Shown here: positions 55,833 to 62,322 of the stretch, piece by piece
Numbering within the stretch: position 1 is the stretch's first letter
Layout: every line of letters begins with the position of its first letter
DNA from: Alphaproteobacteria bacterium
Lineage (GTDB): Bacteria; Pseudomonadota; Alphaproteobacteria; RF32; CAG-239
Assembly (NCBI GenBank): GCA_045578445.1
Contig: JAZNKG010000025.1
Location: 18,247-82,246, forward strand
DNA length: 64,000 nucleotides
Direction: 5' to 3'
Made by a program: the position numbers and the translations under genes
The notes under the pieces: model-generated
Databases searched by the model: none
What the model saw: only the letters and a program-made list of their open reading frames with translations
Told to the model about the DNA's origin: nothing

Positions 55833-57152
55833 TTGAAAGATGCTTTAATGACAGAAGATGATGTAAAAAAAGTTGAAGCAGTTACTGAGCTTAAAGATGA
55901 GGTTTTAGGCAATTTTTCTTTTGCGCCTGTATCAAATGTAACAGATGAAGAAGTAGAACAAAAAATAAAAGAAGAAAAAAAATCTGAAAGAATGGAGAAG
56001 CTTCGTTCTTATTATGATAAGCTTGGCAAAACTAGAGATTTGATGCAACAAGAGCTAAAAAAAGTTTTGGCAGGTGAAGCAGGTGATGAAGAAATTGATA
56101 AGAAATTATATGAATTTAGTCACTCTAGCAGATTAATAGCAGACGAAATCAATAAATATGACGAAGAGCATGGGCATCCTCGTGGTCAAAATCAAGGTCC
56201 TAGATATATTGGTCAAAGTTTAATTGGTAATGATTTTGAAGGAGCAGATTTAGTTGAGGCTGATTTTTCGGCAACAAATTTACAAGATGCTAATTTTAAA
56301 AATGCAAAACTTTCAGGTGCAGACTTTAGCGGTGCAGATTTGAGTGGCGCAGATTTAAGTGGTGCAGATTTGAGCGACTGTATATTTGCTGGCGCTACAT
56401 TAAAGGGTACAAATTTTACCGGCGCTAATATGGAAGGTGTAATTCTTCGAGATGCTGATTTGGAAGATGCAATTTTGATGGATATTCAAATTGATGAGCT
56501 AGGTATTGAAGAATTGCAGGCTTTAGTAGAATATTTAGCTATGTACTATCCTCATAAACTGAATTTGTTGAGAATTAATTTATCTTTATTAGATTTGCGT
56601 CGTATAAATTTGAAAAATGTAAGTCTAAAAGGTGTCGATTTTACAGGTGTTGATTTTACTGGAGTGGATATTTCTGGTTTAGATTTAAGTGAATGTATAA
56701 TTACTCCATATCAAATTTCTCAAGCTTTGGGTAGAGTTCCTGATGCAGATGAATTGAAAAGAATTTTATCTCCAAAGAAAAAGAATAAGAAAGCAAAGCC
56801 TTTTTATATAGATTTTTCTGAATTTTTAAGTAATGGACATTTTACGGGGTGGATTGATTTAACCAAAGGAAGTATTAGCACAGACCAATTGGTTAAGGCT
56901 TTTCTAAAGGTTAAGGGGGCAATTTCTAAAAAACCAGTTGAAAAAGATGAAGTTATTTTTGAAAAGGCTAAAGAGTTTTATGCAGAAAGAGTTGAAAACG
57001 AGCGTAGAGCATATAAAGAAGAGCAAATAAAAAATATTGAAGAGCGAAAAAATAAAATGTTAGAAGAGCAACAACAAGGACAGCAACGTGCTAAAAAGGC
57101 TGAAAAATATGTGCCGATTAGAGTTAATATAGGACGTGAAAAAACTAATTAA
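55833..57152 (+). CDS. Pentapeptide repeat protein with charged coiled-coil-like N- and C-terminal regions
   Basis: Two pentapeptide blocks (ADLVEADFSATNLQDANFKNAKLSGADFSGADLSGADLSGADLSDCIFAGATLKGTNFTGANMEG... and LKGVDFTGVDFTGVDISGLDLSEC). The start is uncertain (TTG 55833 or ATG 55848). Confidence 0.8.
   Translation: MKDALMTEDDVKKVEAVTELKDEVLGNFSFAPVSNVTDEEVEQKIKEEKKSERMEKLRSYYDKLGKTRDLMQQELKKVLAGEAGDEEIDKKLYEFSHSSRLIADEINKYDEEHGHPRGQNQGPRYIGQSLIGNDFEGADLVEADFSATNLQDANFKNAKLSGADFSGADLSGADLSGADLSDCIFAGATLKGTNFTGANMEGVILRDADLEDAILMDIQIDELGIEELQALVEYLAMYYPHKLNLLRINLSLLDLRRINLKNVSLKGVDFTGVDFTGVDISGLDLSECIITPYQISQALGRVPDADELKRILSPKKKNKKAKPFYIDFSEFLSNGHFTGWIDLTKGSISTDQLVKAFLKVKGAISKKPVEKDEVIFEKAKEFYAERVENERRAYKEEQIKNIEERKNKMLEEQQQGQQRAKKAEKYVPIRVNIGREKTN
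56316..56375 (+). repeat. Four tandem 15-nt units encoding (GADFS/GADLS)x4
   Basis: ggtgcagactttagc / ggtgcagatttgagt / ggcgcagatttaagt / ggtgcagatttgagc. Confidence 0.85.
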
Positions 57153-57219
57153 TTTTATTGATTTTGAAAAATAATTGAATTATGTTGTTGTTATGGTCTG
57201 TTTTAGGGTGGATTTTAAT

Positions 57220-57834
57220 ATGTTTAAAAGGTTATGTTTATTAGCAGTAGTTACATTGTTTGCAACAAATGTGTTTGCGAATGATAGTAGTATAGTTCTT
57301 CCTAATCCTATTAGGGAGTCTGATTTGATGAATACTATTGATTTAAGAGTTTCTAGTAGAAATTATTCAAATAAGGCAATAAGTGTTCAAACATTGAGTG
57401 ATATTTTGTGGGCGGCGTATGGTGTTAATAAAAATGGTACTAGAACTATCGCGACTGCAAAGAATGAGCAAAATTTGAAACTATATGTATTGTATAGAGG
57501 TGTTGTTTGGTATTATGATGCATTTACAAACTCTTTAATTGAAGTTACAAAAGAAAATGTATTAGGTGATATTGCAAAACAAAATTTTGTTTATGAAGCT
57601 CCAGTTAATTTGATTTATGTTGGTAGTGATAAAGAATATTCTACTTTTCATGCAGGTAGTGCGACACAGAACGTTTATCTTTATGCAACAAAAAATGGTT
57701 TGAATACCATAGTTAGAGGCTTTATTGATAAAAAAGCTTTGAAGAAAAAGTTAAAACTAGCTAGTGATGAATTTGTGATTATTAATCAGGTTGTTGGTTA
57801 TCCTAAAAATAAAATGATTAAAAGTTGGTTCTAA
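57220..57834 (+). CDS. Nitroreductase-family protein with an N-terminal signal peptide
   Basis: ATG at 57220 gives MFKRLCLLAVVTLFATNVFA. The nitroreductase-like motifs are RVSSRNYSNKAISVQTLSDILWAAYGVN and the C-terminal VVGYP. Confidence 0.65.
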   Translation: MFKRLCLLAVVTLFATNVFANDSSIVLPNPIRESDLMNTIDLRVSSRNYSNKAISVQTLSDILWAAYGVNKNGTRTIATAKNEQNLKLYVLYRGVVWYYDAFTNSLIEVTKENVLGDIAKQNFVYEAPVNLIYVGSDKEYSTFHAGSATQNVYLYATKNGLNTIVRGFIDKKALKKKLKLASDEFVIINQVVGYPKNKMIKSWF

Positions 57835-57855
57835 TAGCTTTTTATAGTTTGGGTA

Positions 57856-57927
<72 letters not shown>

Positions 57928-57946
<19 letters not shown>

Positions 57947-57985
57947 TTAAAAACGGGGTGTGAAGCACCTCGTTTTTTTATGGCG
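57928..57985 (+). repeat. Direct repeat copy 1 (T-loop to 3' end of tRNA-Ser plus terminator)
   Basis: The 58 nt aatcccactctgtccgccattaaaaacggggtgtgaagcacctcgtttttttatggcg are identical to 58097-58154. Confidence 0.95.
57953..57979 (+). terminator. Intrinsic terminator of tRNA-Ser
   Basis: ACGGGGTG pairs with CACCTCGT and is followed by a T7 run. Confidence 0.8.
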
Positions 57986-58096
57986 TTGGGATTTGAGCCC
58001 ACGGGATAGTGGGTTCGACTACAAGCGAAAGCCAGACGGTAGTATGGCGTTAAGCGATAAGCTTATGAGCGCCAGTGCGACAAATGAAATGCAGTC

Positions 58097-58154
58097 AATC
58101 CCACTCTGTCCGCCATTAAAAACGGGGTGTGAAGCACCTCGTTTTTTTATGGCG
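58097..58154 (+). repeat. Direct repeat copy 2 (orphan tRNA-Ser 3' fragment plus second terminator copy at 58122-58148)
   Basis: Perfect 58-nt identity to 57928-57985. It is separated from copy 1 by 111 nt that also contain GTGGGTTCGA (58009-58018), the 5' half of the same T arm. Confidence 0.95.
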
Positions 58155-58157
58155 AGG

Positions 58158-58184
58158 GGATAATCTTTCAGCATTATCCTTTTT
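58158..58184 (+). terminator. Third plus-strand terminator-like hairpin
   Basis: GGATAAT (58158-58164) pairs with ATTATCC (58173-58179), followed by a T5 run. Confidence 0.5.
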
Positions 58185-58200
58185 AGAATAAATAGAGCTA

Positions 58201-58692
58201 TTACATATGGCAGCATCCACTGTAATTAACAATTGAGCCAATAAAACCCAATATTAGTGTGAAAGATACAATACATAGAAGTTGTTCGTATACGGAGATC
58301 TTTTTTTCTTTTTTTCTTAGAGCTTTAATCGAATTAAATATTAGCAAAGTAGAAAATATTATTATTGCAATTATAGTAATAATGTTTTTTCCATTAAAAA
58401 GAAATGCTGATGATGCCGACAGTACTAAACCTAGTAATATAGAACATAAGTGTACTGTCCAATATAATACCTTTTCAGCAATTTTTGAAAACGAATAAGA
58501 TATGAGCAAAAGGCTAAAAAATAAAGGGATTATTGCGAGTATTGCGGTAATACTGTCACGGTCTATTGCGTAAAAAATAAAGTCGAGTACCAGTATCAAT
58601 ACTCCCATTAGTATAAAATATAAATTCATTATTGAGAATTTTGGTGATGCCATGCTAAGGAGTTGTTTGATTTTAGATATATATTTGTTCAT
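58201..58692 (-). CDS. Small polytopic membrane protein, family B copy 2 (163 aa)
   Basis: Four or five TM segments. It shares MNKY..., KFSIMNL, EKVLYW(T/I)VHLCSILLGL and KALRKKEKKIS(V/A)YEQ with 58784-59284. The SD/start junction is GAGGACTAAACCATG. Confidence 0.7.
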   Translation of the reverse strand: MNKYISKIKQLLSMASPKFSIMNLYFILMGVLILVLDFIFYAIDRDSITAILAIIPLFFSLLLISYSFSKIAEKVLYWTVHLCSILLGLVLSASSAFLFNGKNIITIIAIIIFSTLLIFNSIKALRKKEKKISVYEQLLCIVSFTLILGFIGSIVNYSGCCHM

Positions 58693-58707
58693 GGTTTAGT
58701 CCTCTTA

Positions 58708-58761
58708 TAAAATTATATTTTATAAGGTATAATGTTTATTTTAAATATTAGTTAATTTTAT
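58708..58761. repeat. 54-nt upstream-region repeat, copy 1
   Basis: taaaattatattttataaggtataatgtttattttaaatattagttaattttat matches 60629-60682 with 2 mismatches. Confidence 0.9.
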
Positions 58762-58783
58762 TGATGATGGTTTTCATTTATAG

Positions 58784-59284
58784 TTAAGCGCAGTAATTAA
58801 CATTTGCTTTTACAAATATTACCATGGTATATAGAGCACATAGAACTTGCTCATAGGCGGAGATCTTTTTTTCTTTTTTTCTTAGAGCTTTAATCGAATC
58901 AAATAGGTAGAATTTGCCCGAAAATAAATAGAATATTGCTGTAATTATAGCAAAAATCCATTCTCCATTAAAAAGAAAAGGTGGTAAAAGAAAGACTGCT
59001 GATGCCCACAGTAATAAACCTAGTAATATAGAACATAAGTGTACTATCCAATATAAAACCTTTTCAACAGTTTTTGAAAAAGGATAAAGTATGAGCAAAA
59101 GGCAAAAAAATAAAGAGATTATTGCTATAATTAGTTCATGGGATTCTATGTAAAAAATAAATGTGAGGACAAGTAGCAATACTCCAAGTAGCGTAAAACA
59201 TAAATTCATTATTGAAAATTTTTGAATAGTTTTTGATAAATTGCTGAGTGTTTCTTTGATTTTATTTATAGCGTATTTGTTCAT
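58784..59284 (-). CDS. Small polytopic membrane protein, family B copy 1 (166 aa)
   Basis: Paralog of 58201-58692, with stretches of more than 90% DNA identity (for example 59020-59110 vs 58425-58520). Its start is coupled to the upstream stop through AAGGACTAAACCATG. Confidence 0.7.
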   Translation of the reverse strand: MNKYAINKIKETLSNLSKTIQKFSIMNLCFTLLGVLLLVLTFIFYIESHELIIAIISLFFCLLLILYPFSKTVEKVLYWIVHLCSILLGLLLWASAVFLLPPFLFNGEWIFAIITAIFYLFSGKFYLFDSIKALRKKEKKISAYEQVLCALYTMVIFVKANVNYCA

Positions 59285-59287
59285 GGT

Positions 59288-60046
59288 TTAGTCCTTTGGA
59301 GAAGATTGGGTTAGATTTTCGGTTGGTTTATTTAGTTGTTTTTGATGTGAGATAGTGTCTGATGTTTTTGTGTTTGGGATTGCATCTGATGTTTTGTTTG
59401 CTTTGCTCATATACGGTTCTATGGCATTATCTGATATTTTATGTGGATTAGTAGTTGCTAATCTTATGAAGCCGGCTATTAATAGTGCAGATATTGTAAA
59501 AAGTATGCCAATTAGAGTTCTATTAATTATGATTCTAAAGGTTGAAGTTATATTCTTACTTTTCTTAATTAAATTGTTTATAGACTTCATTAAAGGTATA
59601 AGAAGAAAGGTAGATACAGCCATTCCGAATGTTAAAGATATTCTGCAAGGACAAGAATGAAAAAATGTTGCAACTAGTAAGCCAAAACTTAATATAATTA
59701 ATAAATTTCTAGTTATGCGATATAAAGAAAAGGTTTCGTTTATTACCGCTTTTATAGATTTAAATATACATATTGCTGAAATTACAACTATAGGAGTATG
59801 TGCTATTATTTTTGATAAATAATAAAAGGATGCAGGTTTACTAAATAATAAATCAGAGGACGAGGGTTTATATGTGAAAGATGTGATATAAAATGTTATA
59901 TAATGGTATATAGTACTTGCAGTTATAATAAATATACATCCCATAAAAAATATAAAAACTATATATACTGTATAACATAATATAGTATATAAATAATGTA
60001 GAATGTTTTCTAATTTTGATGTTTTTTCGTTTGCTGTTTCGTTCAC
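59288..60046 (-). CDS. Polytopic membrane protein, family A copy 2 (252 aa, GTG start)
   Basis: The N terminus MNETANEKTSKLENIL is nearly identical to that of 60050-60613. About 6 TM segments. The polar tail ends PTENLTQSSPKD. The start is coupled through AAGGACTAACCCGTG. Confidence 0.65.
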   Translation of the reverse strand: MNETANEKTSKLENILHYLYTILCYTVYIVFIFFMGCIFIITASTIYHYITFYITSFTYKPSSSDLLFSKPASFYYLSKIIAHTPIVVISAICIFKSIKAVINETFSLYRITRNLLIILSFGLLVATFFHSCPCRISLTFGMAVSTFLLIPLMKSINNLIKKSKNITSTFRIIINRTLIGILFTISALLIAGFIRLATTNPHKISDNAIEPYMSKANKTSDAIPNTKTSDTISHQKQLNKPTENLTQSSPKD

Positions 60047-60049
60047 GGG

Positions 60050-60613
60050 TTAGTCCTTTGAAGAAGATGTATTTATATTTTCGGTTGGTTTGTAATCTCC
60101 TATTCTAGAAGGGAGAAGCCTTGTATAGTATTCCTCATCGCTTACTGTTAATAGTGGTAAATTTGAACTAATACCTTTAATTACTATGATTGAAAATATT
60201 ATTATGAAAATATAGCAGATTAATTTTTTATATGTAGCTATTTGTTGCTTTACTTTTTTTACCAGTAAGTTAATAAGTATAATAAATGGAATTAGAATAG
60301 CTGTAGAAGTAAGGAATTCCAAAAATCTACCCATAAAATGTGGGTTTATAAGAATAATAAAAAAATACACGTATGTGGAAATTATAAAGATGCAGAAATA
60401 AGCTAGTTTCTGTTTATCTCTTTTTATTGCGTAAATAAATAAAGCCATGGAAAGTATAAGAACACCCCAAAAATATATTAAACCAATTGGTGGTGAGGTA
60501 AGGTAAGATATAATGATTAGAACAAAGATAATTGTACTTATAAAAAGTGAGTATAACATCCAAAGTAGAATATTTTTTAATTTTGATGTTTTTTCGTTTG
60601 CTGTTTCGTTCAT
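60050..60613 (-). CDS. Polytopic membrane protein, family A copy 1 (187 aa)
   Basis: N terminus MNETANEKTSKLKNIL, about 5 TM segments, tail ending PTENINTSSSKD. GAGGAA SD. Confidence 0.7.
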   Translation of the reverse strand: MNETANEKTSKLKNILLWMLYSLFISTIIFVLIIISYLTSPPIGLIYFWGVLILSMALFIYAIKRDKQKLAYFCIFIISTYVYFFIILINPHFMGRFLEFLTSTAILIPFIILINLLVKKVKQQIATYKKLICYIFIIIFSIIVIKGISSNLPLLTVSDEEYYTRLLPSRIGDYKPTENINTSSSKD

Positions 60614-60628
60614 AGTGTAGTTCCTCGG

Positions 60629-60682
60629 TAAAATTATATTTTACAAGGTATAGTGTTTATTTTAAATATTAGTTAATTTTAT
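60629..60682. repeat. 54-nt upstream-region repeat, copy 2
   Basis: taaaattatattttacaaggtatagtgtttattttaaatattagttaattttat. See 58708-58761. Confidence 0.9.
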
Positions 60683-60696
60683 CGAGGAGTGTTTTT

Positions 60697-60984
60697 TTAC
60701 ATATCTTCAGGCTGTGGGGGATTGGAGATTTTTCTTTTATAAGGGATGGTTGTTTTCCATTCTTCATCAAGAGCTTGTATAGAAAAATCTTCTTCTTGTT
60801 GAGGATTATTCATAAAGATTATTTGTTCTTTGTTAGTTTTATAAAATTTTTTCTCAAAACAATCTTCTGAATAGCTATGTGACATATTGTTTGGATAGGT
60901 GCAACCGCATTTATCATCTTCTGAGCAATCGCATTTGTTTGAGTAGTCATAATGACAATTTGAGTTGAATGGTGATTTTTTCAT
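60697..60984 (-). CDS. Small Cys-rich acidic protein of unknown function (95 aa)
   Basis: AGGAG SD 7 nt upstream. No signal peptide. Six Cys in the first 42 aa (CHYDYSNKCDCSEDDKCGC...DC) and an acidic/proline C-terminal half. Confidence 0.6.
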   Translation of the reverse strand: MKKSPFNSNCHYDYSNKCDCSEDDKCGCTYPNNMSHSYSEDCFEKKFYKTNKEQIIFMNNPQQEEDFSIQALDEEWKTTIPYKRKISNPPQPEDM

Positions 60985-60996
60985 ATTGTTTCTCCT

Positions 60997-61030
60997 ATAA
61001 AAAAAGCCAGATATTTGTTTCTGGCTTTTA
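60997..61030 (-). terminator. Intrinsic terminator after greA
   Basis: AGCCAG (61005-61010) pairs with CTGGCT (61021-61026). On the minus strand it is followed by a T7 run. Confidence 0.7.
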
Positions 61031-61054
61031 ATATAAGATGTTTGTTTGAATTTT

Positions 61055-61528
61055 TTAGATATACGAAACTTCTAATACTTCAAAAGTTTTTTTGCCACCT
61101 GGGGCCATATATTCAACTTCATCACCAACTTCTTTGCCGATTAAAGCTTTTGCAAGTGGAGATGATAATGAAATTTTATTTTCATTAATATCAGCTTCAT
61201 AGTCACCAACAATTTGGTAGCTATTTTCATTATCTGTATCGACATCTACAACAGACACAGTTGCACCAAAGCGAATTACATCACCTTTGATTTCTGTTGG
61301 GTCAATAACTTGGGCGCGACTAACAACAGCTTCTAATTCTTGAATGCGACCTTCAATAAAGCCTTGTTTTTCTTTTGCCGCAGAATATTCCGCATTTTCT
61401 GATAAATCGCCGTGAGAACGAGCTTCAGCAATGGCTGCAATAATATTTGGACGGTCAATGCTTTTTAAGTTTTTTAGTTCCTGCTCCAACCTTAAAAATC
61501 CTTTTTTGGTTAGTGGAAATTTATCCAT
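61055..61528 (-). CDS. greA: Transcription elongation factor GreA
   Basis: ATG at 61528 after an AGGAG SD gives MDKFPLTKKGFLRLEQELKNLK...SHGDLSENAEYSAAKEKQ..., a typical GreA of 157 aa. The longer ORF-track start is rejected. Confidence 0.95.
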   Translation of the reverse strand: MDKFPLTKKGFLRLEQELKNLKSIDRPNIIAAIAEARSHGDLSENAEYSAAKEKQGFIEGRIQELEAVVSRAQVIDPTEIKGDVIRFGATVSVVDVDTDNENSYQIVGDYEADINENKISLSSPLAKALIGKEVGDEVEYMAPGGKKTFEVLEVSYI

Positions 61529-61806
61529 TTTACTTCTCCTAAAAATAAAGTTATCCGCAAAATTGCGGAGGGTTAAATTTATTAAAAAGTTTGAAAAAAT
61601 TTGACTGTGCCTAATGGTACAGCCAACTATTATCATCTCGATGAGCAGATTAAAACATATAATAAATAATAAATCAAGTAAAATTTTAAATGGTTGTAGA
61701 TGTTTAGTTTAGTTGTTTGTGGCGAATTGTTAATTAATTAAACTTTCTGCTATACATATTTTGTATGAATGTTACACTTGGTGTGTATTAATTGTTAAGG
61801 AGATTA

Positions 61807-62265
61807 ATGATGAAGAAAAATCTTTTATTGGGCGCTTGTTTTGCAGTTGCTTTGATGGCAACTCCAGCAAAGGCTATTGACTCTACTGGTGGTTGCGGTT
61901 TGGGTTCTATGGCTTGGCGTGGTCAATCTGGTATTATTCCTCAAGTTTTGGCTATGACAACTAACAGCATGTTTTTAAATACTATTGGTGTTACATTAGG
62001 TACATCAGGTTGTGACCCTAACGGTCGTGTAACAGGCGGTACAGGTAAACTTGTATTGGCAGTTATTGAAAATAATATGGAACAATTTGCTATGGATGCT
62101 TCTCGTGGTAATGGTGAAACAATCGAAACTATTGCTGGTATTTTAGATGTAGATAGCAAAGAATTAGGTGCAAAAGCTCAACAACACTTTGCATATCTCT
62201 TTACAGATGAAAATGTTGAAGCTGTTGATTTGACTTTGAAAATTATGGAATTAGCTAACGCTTAA
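61807..62265 (+). CDS. Exported DUF3015-like protein
   Basis: AAGGAG SD. Signal peptide MMKKNLLLGACFAVALMATPAKA. The GGCGLGSMAW motif resembles the DUF3015 family. Confidence 0.6.
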   Translation: MMKKNLLLGACFAVALMATPAKAIDSTGGCGLGSMAWRGQSGIIPQVLAMTTNSMFLNTIGVTLGTSGCDPNGRVTGGTGKLVLAVIENNMEQFAMDASRGNGETIETIAGILDVDSKELGAKAQQHFAYLFTDENVEAVDLTLKIMELANA

Positions 62266-62280
62266 TTTTGTTTTTTATCG

Positions 62281-62308
62281 GGTGTGGGAGAGCTCACACC
62301 CTTTTTTT
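62281..62308 (+). terminator. Intrinsic terminator
   Basis: GGTGTG (62281-62286) pairs with CACACC (62295-62300), followed by CTTTTTTT. Confidence 0.75.
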
Positions 62309-62322
62309 ATCTTGATGAGACT

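Noticed and set aside
58290-58330. Two A7/T7 homopolymer tracts in the B-family genes, identical in both paralogs, considered as slippage or phase-variation sites.
   Set aside because: They simply encode the conserved RKKEKKIS segment. The tracts are short (7 nt) and nothing suggests alternative frames with meaningful products.
61553-61566. Palindrome CCGCAAAATTGCGG 25 nt upstream of greA. It could be an operator or a GraL-like leader terminator.
   Set aside because: It is a short 6-bp stem with a 2-nt centre, with no clean U-run and no second copy or partner regulator in the window. The evidence is insufficient for a feature call.
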